From an uncultured Actinomycetes bacterium (GTDB lineage: Bacteria; Actinomycetota; Acidimicrobiia; Acidimicrobiales; RAAP-2): 64,000 nt of DNA. The stretch lies in NCBI GenBank assembly GCA_903870905.1, contig CAIQEU010000020.1:16311-80310 (forward strand), given 5' to 3'. Below the pieces are notes generated by a model. It searched no databases. It saw nothing but the letters and a program-made list of their open reading frames with translations, and had not been told where the DNA came from. Below are positions 1 to 10,350 of this stretch, one piece after another. Each line of letters starts with the position of its first letter. Within the stretch, counting starts at the first letter, position 1. The position numbers and the translations under genes were made by a program.

Positions 1-1265
1 GTGAAGGCGGTGAAGCCGTCAAGTGCAGCTTCTGCGGCAAGGGCCAAAAGTCCGTCAAGAAGCTCATCGCCGGACCAGGCAATGCCTACATCTGCGACGA
101 GTGCATCGACCTCTGCAACGACATCATCGCCGAGGAGTTGCCAGAGACCACAGAGGTGGCCTTCGACGAGCTCCCGAAGCCCAAGGAAATCTTCTCGTTC
201 TTGAACGAGTACGTCGTTGGTCAAGACCAAGCGAAGAAGATCCTCTCCGTTGCGGTCTACAACCACTACAAGCGCCTTCAGGCTGGCTCGGGAACTGGCG
301 ACGCCAAGGTCGAACTGTCGAAGTCCAACATCTTGCTGCTCGGTCCGACGGGCTGCGGCAAGACCTTGCTCGCCCAGACACTCGCTCGCATTTTGAACGT
401 GCCGTTCGCGATTGCTGACGCCACTGCGTTGACCGAAGCTGGCTACGTCGGTGAAGACGTCGAGAACATCTTGCTCAAGCTCATCCAAGCCGCTGACTAC
501 GACGTGAAGCGCGCTGAGACCGGCATCATTTACATCGACGAGATCGACAAGATCGCTCGCAAGGCCGAGAACCCGTCCATCACAAGAGATGTTTCGGGTG
601 AGGGCGTCCAGCAGGCGCTCCTCAAGATCTTTGAAGGAACGGTTGCCTCGGTGCCGCCCCAGGGTGGACGCAAGCACCCCCACCAAGAGTTCATTCAGAT
701 CGACACCACCAACGTGCTGTTCATCTGCGGCGGTGCCTTTGCGGGCCTCGACGACATCATCTCCAGCCGAGTTGGCCGGAAGGGCATGGGCTTCGGGGCC
801 ACGATGACCAACGCCGATGAGTCCGTTGCGTTGCTCGGCAAGATCCTCCCCGAAGACCTCATGAAGTTCGGGTTGATCCCCGAGTTCATTGGCCGCCTCC
901 CCGTCGTTGGTGCGGTGACGAATCTCGACGAAGCGGCCCTCATCAAGATCTTGATCGAGCCGAAGAACTCGCTGGTGCGGCAGTACCAGCGGATGTTTGA
1001 ACTCGACGGGGTGAGTCTCGAATTCACCGAAGATGCACTCCAGGCCATTGCCGAGCTGGCCCTCCTCCGAGGGACCGGCGCTCGAGGCCTGCGGGCGATC
1101 ATGGAGGAGATCCTCCTCGACGTGATGTACGACATCCCCTCGCGCACCGACGTCGCTCGCTGCGTGATCGATCGCAACGTCGTCGCCGAGCGAGCGATGC
1201 CGACGCTCCTGCCGGTGGCCGAGCCGCGCATCAAGCAGGCACGGCCACGTCGGGCAGCTTCCTAG
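1..1265 (+). CDS. clpX: ATP-dependent Clp protease ATP-binding subunit ClpX (5' end cut by window edge)
   Basis: Frame 3 is open from base 3. It translates as [11 protein letters not shown]...[10 protein letters not shown] (C4 zinc ribbon), then Walker A GPTGCGKT and Walker [10 protein letters not shown]. Stop is TAG 1263-1265. Confidence 0.97.
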   Translation, partial: EGGEAVKCSFCGKGQKSVKKLIAGPGNAYICDECIDLCNDIIAEELPETTEVAFDELPKPKEIFSFLNEYVVGQDQAKKILSVAVYNHYKRLQAGSGTGDAKVELSKSNILLLGPTGCGKTLLAQTLARILNVPFAIADATALTEAGYVGEDVENILLKLIQAADYDVKRAETGIIYIDEIDKIARKAENPSITRDVSGEGVQQALLKIFEGTVASVPPQGGRKHPHQEFIQIDTTNVLFICGGAFAGLDDIISSRVGRKGMGFGATMTNADESVALLGKILPEDLMKFGLIPEFIGRLPVVGAVTNLDEAALIKILIEPKNSLVRQYQRMFELDGVSLEFTEDALQAIAELALLRGTGARGLRAIMEEILLDVMYDIPSRTDVARCVIDRNVVAERAMPTLLPVAEPRIKQARPRRAAS

Positions 1266-1266
1266 A

Positions 1267-2592
1267 TTGGCGAGTTCACCCCGTTACAACGATGCGATCG
1301 AGTGGCTCGACAGCCACATCGACTACGAACGAGTCGCGCCGACTCGTCGGTCGCTCCCGTCACTGTCGTCGATGCGTGAAATGGCGGCGCTGCTCGGTGA
1401 CCCACACACGGCCTATCCAACGATCCACCTGACGGGGACGAACGGCAAGGGTTCGACCAGTGCCCTCTGCTCGATGCTGCTCCTCGCCATGGGTCTGTCG
1501 GTCGGCACGTACACCTCTCCGAACCTCGAGCGGGTCAACGAGCGCATCGCTGCGAACGGGCAACCACTCAGCGACGTCGATTTCGTTGAGGCCATCGATC
1601 GCCTCCGCCTCTTGGACGGAGTCCTTGACGAGCGCCCCACGCGCTTCGAACTCCTGACCATGGCCGCCTTCTCGGCGTTCGCTGACCTCGCGGTCGACGT
1701 TGGGGTCATCGAAGTTGGGATGGGGGGCACCTGGGACTCGACCAACATCATCGATGCTGCAGTTTCGATCGTGACGAACATCGAGCTCGACCACGTCGAA
1801 GTGCTCGGTGCGACCCGTGAAGAGATCGCGATGGATAAATCTGGCATCTTCCGTGAAGGTGGCGTGGCGATCATCGGCGAGACCGATCCCACCATTGCCG
1901 CGCTACTCCGCACCTGTGCTGCTCATCGCGGGGTAGCTCGGGTGCTCGGTCTCGGAGCGGAGATCTCCGTCGATCGCAATGAGCTCGCTGTTGGTGGGCG
2001 AGTGGTGAGCATCAGGACGCCCTACGGCAGCCACGATGACGTGTTCTTGGCCCTGAACGGCCCCCACCAAGCACGCAACGCTGCGCTGGCGGTCGCAGCA
2101 GTGGAGGCGTTCTTCGACCGGCAGCTGCCCGACGACGTGGTGTGTCAGGCCTTCGAACTCGTGACGATGGCTGCCCGGCTGGAAGTCCTCGGGCGCAGTC
2201 CACTCGTGATTTTGGACGGAGCGCACAACGTGGCCGGAGCAACGGCGCTCGCCCAAGCGCTCGCCGAGGGGTTCTCCGTCGCTGGTCAGACGATCCTCGT
2301 CACCGGCATGCTGAGGGGTCGTGACGCATCCAACGTGCTCTCGGCGCTGCTCCTTGGTGGTGCAGTCACCGTCATCGCCACCGAACCCGACACGCCGCGA
2401 GCACAAGCGGCAGCCGTCGTCGGTGACGCCGCGCGAGCACTCGGTCACGAGGTGCTCGTTGAGCTCGACATCGAACGGGCGATCGAGCGAGCGCTGAAGA
2501 TGGCAACCGAGGATGACCTCGTCGTCGTGGCCGGCTCGCTCTACGTGGCCGGTGCCGCTCGCCCCGCGCTGCGCCGCATGCTGTCGGCGTAG
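1267..2592 (+). CDS. folC: Folylpolyglutamate synthase / dihydrofolate synthase (Mur-ligase family)
   Basis: Has the P-loop [11 protein letters not shown] and [11 protein letters not shown]. Lies between clpX and ndk as in Streptomyces. The TTG start right after the clpX stop is uncertain. Confidence 0.85.
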   Translation: MASSPRYNDAIEWLDSHIDYERVAPTRRSLPSLSSMREMAALLGDPHTAYPTIHLTGTNGKGSTSALCSMLLLAMGLSVGTYTSPNLERVNERIAANGQPLSDVDFVEAIDRLRLLDGVLDERPTRFELLTMAAFSAFADLAVDVGVIEVGMGGTWDSTNIIDAAVSIVTNIELDHVEVLGATREEIAMDKSGIFREGGVAIIGETDPTIAALLRTCAAHRGVARVLGLGAEISVDRNELAVGGRVVSIRTPYGSHDDVFLALNGPHQARNAALAVAAVEAFFDRQLPDDVVCQAFELVTMAARLEVLGRSPLVILDGAHNVAGATALAQALAEGFSVAGQTILVTGMLRGRDASNVLSALLLGGAVTVIATEPDTPRAQAAAVVGDAARALGHEVLVELDIERAIERALKMATEDDLVVVAGSLYVAGAARPALRRMLSA

Positions 2593-2610
2593 AGGCCGGG
2601 ACCACCCTGC

Positions 2611-2616
2611 TAGCGT
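2611..2616 (+). promoter_or_regulatory. Candidate -10 box (TAGCGT) for a leaderless ndk mRNA
   Basis: TANNNT hexamer 7 nt upstream of GTG 2624, with no Shine-Dalgarno in between. Confidence 0.4.
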
Positions 2617-2623
2617 CTGCGCC

Positions 2624-3031
2624 GTGAACAGAACTCTCGTCCTTGTAAAGCCCGATGGTGTTGAGCGCGGATTGATCGGTGAGATCATTGGCCGCCTGGA
2701 GCGCAAAGGCCTGAAGATCGTCGCTGCCGAACTGCGCACGGCGACTGCCGACATCGCTGGTGCCCACTACGAAGAGCACGCCGAAAAGCCGTTCTTCGGT
2801 GAGCTCGTGACCTTCCTCACCCGGTCGCCCCTCATGGCGATGGTGGTGGAAGGACCCGATGACGTCTACGCCATCGTGCGCTCGATGATGGGGGCAACGA
2901 ATCCCGCCACGTCAGCCCCTGGCACCATTCGCGGCGACCTCGCCACGGAGATGTCGGAGAACCTCATCCACGGCTCTGACTCCAACGAATCTGCAGCGCG
3001 TGAGATTGGTCTCTGGTTCCCCAACCTCTAG
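2624..3031 (+). CDS. ndk: Nucleoside diphosphate kinase
   Basis: [29 protein letters not shown], with active-site NLIHGSDS. The upstream part of ORF 2513-3031 overlaps folC and is not NDK-like. Confidence 0.95.
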   Translation: MNRTLVLVKPDGVERGLIGEIIGRLERKGLKIVAAELRTATADIAGAHYEEHAEKPFFGELVTFLTRSPLMAMVVEGPDDVYAIVRSMMGATNPATSAPGTIRGDLATEMSENLIHGSDSNESAAREIGLWFPNL

Positions 3032-3118
3032 ACCGGCCGTTGTGCTGGTTGTCCGGGGCTCCCGAACGGCCTAGCCTGTAGGTGTAGCCCCACCGGGCCG
3101 CCACGTCGAGGACACTTC

Positions 3119-4147
3119 ATGGCTGACAATCGATTCTCCTTCCTCGGCCGAGACATGGCCGTGGATTTGGGCACCGCCAACACCTTGGTCTACGTGCGCG
3201 GCCGCGGCATCATCTTGAACGAGCCCTCTGTCGTTGCCGTCAACGTGAAGACCGGTGTGCCCTTGGCCGTCGGGGCTGAGGCGAAGCGGATGATTGGGCG
3301 GACACCGAGCTACATCCAGGCGATCCGACCCCTGAAAGACGGCGTCATCGCTGATTTCGATATCTGCGAGAAGATGTTGCGCTACTTCATCCACCGGGTG
3401 CACCAGCGTCGCTTCGCCAAGCCACGCATGGTGATCTGTGTCCCCTCAGGCATCACCGGTGTCGAGCAGCGAGCCGTCATGGAGGCGGCCGAGTACGCCG
3501 GCGCCCGTGAGGCCCACATCATTGAAGAACCTATGGCAGCAGCCATTGGTGCTGGCCTCCCGGTGCACGAACCGGCGGGGAACATGGTGGTCGACATCGG
3601 CGGCGGAACGACCGAGGTTGCCGTGATCTCACTCGGGGGCATCGTGACCTCTCAGAGCGTGCGCATTGGTGGTGACGAACTCGACGAAGCGATCGTCGCC
3701 TACGTGAAGAAAGAGTTCTCCCTCGCGCTCGGTGAGCGCACCGCAGAGGAGATCAAGATCGCTCTCGGTTCCGCCTACGCACTCCAAGAGGAGATCCGGG
3801 CTGAGATTCGAGGACGTGACCTCATCTCTGGGCTGCCGAAGACGATTATCATCACGACAGAACAGGTTCGAGAAGCCATTGAGGAGCCAGTGGCCGCCAT
3901 CGTCGACGCGGTGAAGGCAACCTTGGATCGCACCCCACCCGAGCTTGCCGCCGACATCATGGAGCAAGGCATTGTCTTGACTGGTGGGGGAGCCCTCCTC
4001 CACGGCATCGACGTTCGCCTCGAAGTCGAGACCGGGATGCCGGTCATCATCGCCCCTGATCCGCTCAACTGCGTGGCCCTCGGCAGTGGCCAGTTCCTCG
4101 AGGAGTTTGAGGCGCTGAAGCACCTGCTCACCGCGTCGTCTCGCTGA
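3119..4147 (+). CDS. mreB: Rod shape-determining actin homologue MreB
   Basis: Actin-fold motifs [23 protein letters not shown] and [13 protein letters not shown] lies upstream of the ATG. Confidence 0.95.
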   Translation: MADNRFSFLGRDMAVDLGTANTLVYVRGRGIILNEPSVVAVNVKTGVPLAVGAEAKRMIGRTPSYIQAIRPLKDGVIADFDICEKMLRYFIHRVHQRRFAKPRMVICVPSGITGVEQRAVMEAAEYAGAREAHIIEEPMAAAIGAGLPVHEPAGNMVVDIGGGTTEVAVISLGGIVTSQSVRIGGDELDEAIVAYVKKEFSLALGERTAEEIKIALGSAYALQEEIRAEIRGRDLISGLPKTIIITTEQVREAIEEPVAAIVDAVKATLDRTPPELAADIMEQGIVLTGGGALLHGIDVRLEVETGMPVIIAPDPLNCVALGSGQFLEEFEALKHLLTASSR

Positions 4148-4153
4148 GTACGA

Positions 4154-4990
4154 ATGGCTCGTCAACGTCGCTCCTCAAAGGCCGCCGTGACGGTCGGAGC
4201 GCTGATTCTGGCGTCGATCACCATCATCACCGTCAACGCTCGAGGGGGAACCGGAGCAATTGGCGGCGTTCGGGGTCTCGTCGGTGAGATCACGAGTCCG
4301 GTCTTCTCGGCCGTGGACGCCGTGGTCTCGCCGGTCGGCAACCTCCTCGCTGGCACCATCAACTACGGGCGCGTCCAGCGAGAGAACGAGCAACTCCGTG
4401 CTGCGTTGGCCCGTCTCGAAACCCAAGCAGCGCTCAACTCCACCGCAGCGCAGCAGTTGGCACAGTTGATGGCACTCGAGCACCTTCCCTACCTCGGCAC
4501 GCTCCCGCTCGTGACCGCGCAGACCATCGACGTCAACCGATCGAATTTTGAAGCCACGATCACCCTCAACAAGGGTCGCTCATCGGGCATCCTCGTCGGG
4601 ATGCCCGTTGTGAGCTCGGCTGGTCTCGTCGGTGCGGTGGTCGCGGTCTCGAATGCAACGGCGACCGTTCGCCTCATCACGGACTCTTCCAGTTCGGTGT
4701 CGGTGGACGGCTCGAGCAACCCGGCCGATGCGGGTATCGCGCAGGGCCAGGGCCCCGGAAAGAACCTCGACGTGAGCTTCTTGCCCGCTGGAGTCTCGGT
4801 GCAGCGGGGCCAATTGTTCTCCACGTCCGGTCTCCAAGGCGGACTCTTCCCAGGCGGCATTCCGGTCGGCACGGTGACCTCGCGATCGTCCGTTGCTGGA
4901 TCGGGAAGCGTGGGGGTGACCCTCCAGCCGGTGGTTGACCTCAGTAACCTCGCGTACGTTGACGTCGTCCAATGGGAGGCCACTTCGTGA
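4154..4990 (+). CDS. mreC: Rod shape-determining protein MreC
   Basis: N-terminal TM segment, coiled-coil segment (ENEQLRAALARLE) and a C-terminal beta domain (GMPVVSSAGLVG). Sits between mreB and mreD. Confidence 0.8.
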   Translation: MARQRRSSKAAVTVGALILASITIITVNARGGTGAIGGVRGLVGEITSPVFSAVDAVVSPVGNLLAGTINYGRVQRENEQLRAALARLETQAALNSTAAQQLAQLMALEHLPYLGTLPLVTAQTIDVNRSNFEATITLNKGRSSGILVGMPVVSSAGLVGAVVAVSNATATVRLITDSSSSVSVDGSSNPADAGIAQGQGPGKNLDVSFLPAGVSVQRGQLFSTSGLQGGLFPGGIPVGTVTSRSSVAGSGSVGVTLQPVVDLSNLAYVDVVQWEATS

Positions 4991-5511
4991 GGATTCGAGC
5001 ACTTCGGCTGACGCTGGTGGTCGCCGCCGTGTTCACCCTCCAAGTCGTGGTGCTCGGACGCCTCCACATCGTTGGGGTGCACCCTGACCTCGTGTGGCTG
5101 CTTCCCATGGCCACCGGACTCCTCGGTGGGTCGATGTACGGGGCGGTCACAGGATTCGCCATTGGACTCAGTTGGGACCTCTTCGTCACCACGCCGTTCG
5201 GCCTCTCGGCCCTCGTGGCCTGCCTCATCGGCGCGATTGTCGGCAGGGCTGCTGAGCGAGGACTCGACGCTCGGATGACCCCGGCGGTCATTGGAGTTGG
5301 GGCACTGTGTGGTGCTGGTGCCTCGGTCGCCTATCCGCTCCTCAGCTTGCTGCTCGGCACGTCGCAGTATCTGCGAGTGCCGATCGTCGACATCGTGGTC
5401 GTGGTGGCGGCGTTCGATTCGATTGCTGCTCCCGCTGTTGTCGCCATGGTCCGGTGGGGGATTGGCCCCGAGGGCGTCGGGCTGTCGTCCAAGGCGTCTG
5501 CAACATGGTGA
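4987..5511 (+). CDS. mreD: Rod shape-determining protein MreD (polytopic membrane protein)
   Basis: Hydrophobic multi-TM ORF after mreC. GTG 4987 overlaps the mreC stop (GTGA). ORF-track start 4972 is an alternative. Confidence 0.65.
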   Translation: MRIRALRLTLVVAAVFTLQVVVLGRLHIVGVHPDLVWLLPMATGLLGGSMYGAVTGFAIGLSWDLFVTTPFGLSALVACLIGAIVGRAAERGLDARMTPAVIGVGALCGAGASVAYPLLSLLLGTSQYLRVPIVDIVVVVAAFDSIAAPAVVAMVRWGIGPEGVGLSSKASATW

Positions 5512-7550
5512 GGGACTGGCTGAAGACCCCCGTCGCTGGAGCCGATCGAACTCGCCGGCGTTCGGTGGCTGACGTCATTGCGACGCCCCCTGAAGAAATC
5601 CCTGCTCGGACCGACCTCCGGCTCCGCATTATCGGCGGCGTGGCCATTGCACTGCTCGCCATCTTGACCCTTCGCCTGTGGTCACTCCAGGTGGTGAACC
5701 AGAAGTCCTACACGAGGGCCGTGAACGCCAACGTCACGCGAACCGTCGCCGTGGCGGCAAATCGTGGGGTCATCGCCGACCGCACCAACACGATCCTCGT
5801 CGGCAACGTGGTGCACTACGACGTGACGCTGTCCCTCGTCGATGCCACCGCCGACCCAACGCTGTGCGCTCGTCTCGGCGCACTCCTCAACCTGCCGGCA
5901 TCCAAGGTGTTGGCGCTCGCGAAGAACCCGTCGTACCTTCCCTACCAGCCAGCACCAATCGCCACTGATGTCTCAGCGGTGGTCGTGCAGTACTTAGCCG
6001 AACACCGCAGCGACTTCCCAGGGGTCGCGGTGTCGAGCTTCCTCAACCGCTCCTACCCCAATGGGGGAACGCTCGGATCGGACATCCTCGGCTGGGTGGG
6101 GCAGATCAACGGCCAAGAACTGGCCCAGAGCCCGAACGTCGGGTACTTGCCGACTTCTCAGGTGGGCAAGGCCGGGGTGGAGCAGGAGTATGAGCAGTTC
6201 CTCCGGGGGGCGAGCGGGAAGGACATCTTGCTCGTGGATTCGTCGGGTTCGGTGATCGGCACGACGCACGACGTCGCACCGAAGAGCGGTGACACCGTCG
6301 TGTTGAACATCGACGCCAATCTCCAGCACCACGTCGAGCAGTTGCTCCATGACCAGATCCTCCAAGATCGCGCGAGCGTGGACCCGAGGAGTCATCAGCA
6401 CCCCCGGGCAACGTCGGGCGCCGTCGTCGTGATGGATCCCCGAACCGGCGCGGTCTTGGCGCTGGCGAGCTACCCCAACTACAACTTGAACGAGTGGGTG
6501 GGTGGCATCTCGACCAAGAACTACAAGAATCTCCTCGCCAGCGGTGCCCTCAATAACTACGCCCTCTCGGGTCTCTACACCCCAGGTTCGACGTTCAAGC
6601 TGATCTCAGCGACCGCAGCGCTCAACGACAAGCTCCTGAATCCGTCGTCGTACTACAACGACAAGGGAACCTTCACCGTGCCGAAGTGCACGGGCAAGCA
6701 GGCTGGCTGCACGTTCCACGATGACGAGACTGCGGGCACGGGCCTCGTGAACTTGCCGCTGGCCATCATTCGCTCCTCGGACGTGTACTTCTACAACATT
6801 GGGTACCTCTTCTGGAGCGAGCAGGGCCGCTACGGCACAGAACCCATTCAGAAGGTTGGCACCGCGTACGGGCTCGATTCACAGACCGGCATCGACATGC
6901 CGACCGAGGCGTACTCGCGAATCGACTCGCCCTCGATTCGAAATGCCGAGCACCTGAAGTACCCGAAGGCGTTTCCCTTCGACTCGTGGTACACCGGAGA
7001 CAACGTCGAGATGGCGTTCGGCCAAGGTGGCACGGTCGTGACCCCGATGGCCCTCGCCAACGCGTATGCCACCTTCGCCAACGGCGGCACGCGCTACGCC
7101 CCCGAGGTAGCCGCTGCGGTCGTCCGCCCCGATGGGTCGGTTGCCGTGCGCTACGCCCCGAGGGCGATCGGTACGGTGCCGTTGCCGTCATCGACGCGCG
7201 ACCCCATCTTGCAGGGCCTCATTGGTGTGGTGAACAACCCAACGGGAACGGCCTACGCCACCTTCAAGCAGTTCGCAACGTTCAGCCCTCGGCAACTGCT
7301 GGTTGCGGGAAAGACGGGAACGGCGTCGAATCAGAAGGGGCAGGAGCCCAACTCGTGGTTCGCGAGCTTCGCTCCCGCGTACAACCCGAAGTACGTGGTG
7401 CTGGCGGTCATCGCTGAAGGTGGCTACGGCGCATCGGCTGCAGCTCCGGTGGTCGCCAAGGTCTACAACTACCTCGCTGCCCACCCCATTTCGTCGGTGG
7501 TGCTGCCCTCGGCGGGCCACCCGCCGGTGGCGCCGAAGCCCCTCCACTGA
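5505..7550 (+). CDS. mrdA: Penicillin-binding protein 2 (elongasome transpeptidase)
   Basis: TM anchor plus transpeptidase motifs STFK (SxxK) and KTGT. ATG 5505 overlaps the mreD stop. The 66 upstream codons of ORF 5307-7550 overlap mreD and look non-coding. Confidence 0.9.
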   Translation: MVRDWLKTPVAGADRTRRRSVADVIATPPEEIPARTDLRLRIIGGVAIALLAILTLRLWSLQVVNQKSYTRAVNANVTRTVAVAANRGVIADRTNTILVGNVVHYDVTLSLVDATADPTLCARLGALLNLPASKVLALAKNPSYLPYQPAPIATDVSAVVVQYLAEHRSDFPGVAVSSFLNRSYPNGGTLGSDILGWVGQINGQELAQSPNVGYLPTSQVGKAGVEQEYEQFLRGASGKDILLVDSSGSVIGTTHDVAPKSGDTVVLNIDANLQHHVEQLLHDQILQDRASVDPRSHQHPRATSGAVVVMDPRTGAVLALASYPNYNLNEWVGGISTKNYKNLLASGALNNYALSGLYTPGSTFKLISATAALNDKLLNPSSYYNDKGTFTVPKCTGKQAGCTFHDDETAGTGLVNLPLAIIRSSDVYFYNIGYLFWSEQGRYGTEPIQKVGTAYGLDSQTGIDMPTEAYSRIDSPSIRNAEHLKYPKAFPFDSWYTGDNVEMAFGQGGTVVTPMALANAYATFANGGTRYAPEVAAAVVRPDGSVAVRYAPRAIGTVPLPSSTRDPILQGLIGVVNNPTGTAYATFKQFATFSPRQLLVAGKTGTASNQKGQEPNSWFASFAPAYNPKYVVLAVIAEGGYGASAAAPVVAKVYNYLAAHPISSVVLPSAGHPPVAPKPLH

Positions 7551-7985
7551 GCACCGTGCCACGCGCAGGGGTCTGAGGTGACTCCGCTCAGGCGGTAGGC
7601 TGGAGGGAGCGAGTAGAAGGTGAGCACGTGCTCAGGCGAATCGATGCAGGAGAGGAACCACGTCGGTCCCCACTGGAGTCGTCCTCGCCCCTCGATGCTC
7701 TCTACCGCCTCTTGCTTCTCCGAATCACGTTGTTCGGCGTGACCCGCCTCCACTTGATCACCCCCGCAGTCCACCTCCACGCCGAAGGCTCCAGCACCGC
7801 TGACGAGTCTTCTGTGCACCCGTCGTCGGCCCGGCAGTATCGCCACGGCCACCTACCCGCCACGACCGTCGTGGCTTGCCAATCAACCCAAGGTGCAGAC
7901 CTCTCTTCGAGCGACCTCCGTCGCCAAGAGGTCCACCAGCGCCGAGCAGTTCTGCTCGGTGTCTCAATCGTGAGGAGTGCCCACC
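7551..7985 (+). other. Long structured non-coding region, candidate 5' leader of the RNase E/G gene
   Basis: No protein-like ORF. Stems read off the sequence are 7573-7591, 7591-7598/7702-7709, 7736-7741/7778-7783, 7784-7791/7805-7812, 7860-7874, 7898-7904/7927-7933 with nested 7911-7924, and 7941-7960. Confidence 0.5.
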
Positions 7986-9593
7986 GTGGCCGACACCACC
8001 AACGAACCTGTCAACGAGTCGACCGACAGCGGAGCAGCAGCCGCTAGCCGTCCGAAAATTGGCGATACCCGTCCGGCTCCGGCTGCGGCGTCAGCGCCTC
8101 AGGCTCCTGATGCAGCGAAGCCTGCGTCGCGAAGCGGTGGACGAGGTGGACAGCGTCGCAGCGGCGACACCTCCGGGGCCAACGCACCGAAGCCGACTCC
8201 GGCCCAGAAGGAGCAAACGAGCGACGACGCTGCGCGCGACGAGTCGGGCGACGAGGCAGCGCAATCCAAGCGCAGCCGAAACCGCCGTCGCGGTGGGCGA
8301 TCCAAGGCTGGTCGCTCGACCGGTCGGTACCTGATGTGCGTGCACGTGCAGCCCAACGCCACCCACATCGCCATGCTCGAGGGTCGGAGTTTGGTCGAGC
8401 ACTTCGTGGCTCGACCCGCCGACTCGACGAACCAAATCGACGGGAACATCTACCGCGGTCGGATCCAGAACGTGCTCCCTGGCATGGAAGCCGCCTTCGT
8501 GGACATCGGGATCCCGAAGAACGCCGTCCTCTACCGCGGTGACGTGCACCTCGACGATGAGAGCGACACCGAATCCGAAGGCCAAGCGCCGGCCCCTCGC
8601 ATTGAAGAGATGCTGAAGGCCGGACAGACGATCCTCTGTCAGGTGACGAAGAACCCCATTGGGGCCAAGGGCGCTCGTCTGACTCAAGAGGTGTCGCTCC
8701 CTGGACGCTTCGCGGTCTTAGTGCCGAACTCCTCGGCGACTGGCATCTCCAAGCGGCTCGGTGACAACGAGCGTCGGCGTCTCCGTCGGATCATTGATGC
8801 CGTCAAGCCCGCCCAGCACGGCATCATCGTGCGAACCGCTGCGGAGGGGGTCTCCGAAGAGGAGCTTCGCCGCGACGTCGAGTCGCTCGTTGAGAAGTGG
8901 ACCGTCATTGAAGAGCAGGCAGCGAAGTCCAACCAACCCGGTCTCGTCTACGCCGAACCCGACATGGCCCTCAAGATGTTGCGTGAAGAGTTGAACGGTG
9001 ACTACCGGGGCGTGCTCATCGACGACTACGACACCTTCGTCCAGGTGCGTGACTACGTTGCCGCCGTCAATCCTGAACTGGCTGACCGTGTGGAGTTCTA
9101 CGACACCGAGACTGAGGCGCTTCCGTTGTTCGAGCGCTACTTCGTGCACGAGCAGCTCCACAAGGCCCTCGATCGCAAGGTGTGGCTGCCCTCGGGGGGA
9201 TCCCTCATCATCGAGCGGACCGAAGCCTTGACGGTGATCGACGTCAACACGGGGAAGAACGTCGGCAAGACCAACCTCGAAGAGACGGTCTACCGCAACA
9301 ACTTAGAAGCCGCCGAAGAAGTCGCTCGCCAGCTTCGCCTTCGCGACATCGGCGGGATCATCGTCATTGACTTCATCGACATGGAGTCGAAGGAGAACCG
9401 AGAAAAGGTTGCCGCAGCACTCCGGGCAGCGCTCGGACGCGAGAAAACTCGGACCCAGGTCTTCGACATCAGCGAACTCGGCCTCGTGGAAATGACTCGC
9501 AAGCGGGTTTCTGAAGGCCTCATCGAGTCGCTCACCACCACCTGTGCCGTCTGCCAGGGGCGTGGCCACATTCTCGACGCAGACGCACTCTAA
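7986..9593 (+). CDS. rne: Ribonuclease E/G family endoribonuclease with an Arg/Ser/Pro-rich N-terminal extension
   Basis: S1 domain GNIYRGRIQNVLPGMEAAFVDIG, catalytic core VIDVNTGK and IIVIDFIDM, and a C-terminal CAVCQGRGH. GAGGAG at 7972-7977 favours GTG 7986 over GTG 7977. Confidence 0.9.
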   Translation: MADTTNEPVNESTDSGAAAASRPKIGDTRPAPAAASAPQAPDAAKPASRSGGRGGQRRSGDTSGANAPKPTPAQKEQTSDDAARDESGDEAAQSKRSRNRRRGGRSKAGRSTGRYLMCVHVQPNATHIAMLEGRSLVEHFVARPADSTNQIDGNIYRGRIQNVLPGMEAAFVDIGIPKNAVLYRGDVHLDDESDTESEGQAPAPRIEEMLKAGQTILCQVTKNPIGAKGARLTQEVSLPGRFAVLVPNSSATGISKRLGDNERRRLRRIIDAVKPAQHGIIVRTAAEGVSEEELRRDVESLVEKWTVIEEQAAKSNQPGLVYAEPDMALKMLREELNGDYRGVLIDDYDTFVQVRDYVAAVNPELADRVEFYDTETEALPLFERYFVHEQLHKALDRKVWLPSGGSLIIERTEALTVIDVNTGKNVGKTNLEETVYRNNLEAAEEVARQLRLRDIGGIIVIDFIDMESKENREKVAAALRAALGREKTRTQVFDISELGLVEMTRKRVSEGLIESLTTTCAVCQGRGHILDADAL

Positions 9594-9667
9594 GGACCTC
9601 GTTACCGACTACACTGTTCATTCCGTGGTGTGCGAGGCGCGCCCGGTCGGATCTCAAGGAAGTGTCT

Positions 9668-9979
9668 ATGTACGCCGTCATCGCATCAGGAGGCAAGCAG
9701 GAGCGTGTGGCCGAAGGCCAGCGCCTGCGCGTGGAGCTGCTCGGCGTGGACGCCGGGACCGAGGTCACCCTCCGTCCTGTGCTCATCGTTGACGGGGACC
9801 GCGTGCTCTCCACCCCCGCCGATCTCGCCAAGGCGAGCGTCACCGCAACGGTGATCGGTGAGGAGAAGGGCAAGAAGATCAACGCCATGACGTACAAGAA
9901 CAAGACGAACCAGTCCCGGCGTTGGGGACACCGTCAGCACTACTCAACGATCGAGATCACCTCGATCGCGGCCGGCTAG
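9668..9979 (+). CDS. rplU: 50S ribosomal protein L21
   Basis: MYAVIASGGKQERV..., with an AAGGAAG SD upstream. The ORF-track start 9662 is 2 codons earlier. Confidence 0.95.
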   Translation: MYAVIASGGKQERVAEGQRLRVELLGVDAGTEVTLRPVLIVDGDRVLSTPADLAKASVTATVIGEEKGKKINAMTYKNKTNQSRRWGHRQHYSTIEITSIAAG

Positions 9980-9988
9980 GAGGGCTCC

Positions 9989-10249
9989 ATGTCAAAGACT
10001 AAAGGTGGCGGTTCAACTCGAAACGGGCGCGATTCAAACGCCCAGCGACTCGGTGTCAAGGTTTTCGACGGCACGGTAATCGGCACTGGCTCGATCATCG
10101 TCCGCCAGCGCGGCACGAAGTTTCACCCAGGACTGAACGTCGGCATCGGCAAGGATGACACCTTGTTCGCCCTCGCTCCTGGATCGGTGAAGTTCGGTCA
10201 GCGCAACGGTCGTCGTCTCGTCGACGTGCTTCCGGTCGAGAGCAACTAG
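9989..10249 (+). CDS. rpmA: 50S ribosomal protein L27
   Basis: [24 protein letters not shown]..., directly after rplU. Confidence 0.95.
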   Translation: MSKTKGGGSTRNGRDSNAQRLGVKVFDGTVIGTGSIIVRQRGTKFHPGLNVGIGKDDTLFALAPGSVKFGQRNGRRLVDVLPVESN

Positions 10250-10283
10250 CTCGAACCATCGCTCCACGAGCAGTCTCTGGAGG

Positions 10284-10310
10284 TGCCCCCGCCATTGGCG
10301 GGGGCATTTG
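10284..10310 (+). terminator. Intrinsic terminator after rpmA
   Basis: Hairpin TGCCCCCGCC-ATT-GGCGGGGGCA followed by TTTG. Confidence 0.75.
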
Positions 10311-10350
10311 CCGTTTCAGGTCTGGATCCTGGCGCCAGTCGTTCGGCAAA

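Noticed and set aside
5307-5504. The N-terminal 66 codons of the ORF-track PBP2 entry, and similar 5' extensions of ndk (2513), nadD (21892), rpsB (24115), tsf (24869), ispG (30988), nusA (34292), rbfA (39097), rpsO (41471), pnp (41923), gcvT (58206) and the aldolase (to 63351).
   Set aside because: The extensions overlap the preceding gene, are not family-like, and each has a better internal start with an SD, a -10 box or a stop-start overlap.
7469-8334. ORFs 7469-7852 (-), 7628-8047 (+) and 7876-8334 (+) in the mrdA-rne spacer.
   Set aside because: They are mutually overlapping, have no SD or -10 geometry and a biased low-complexity composition. The region is better explained as structured RNA or leader.
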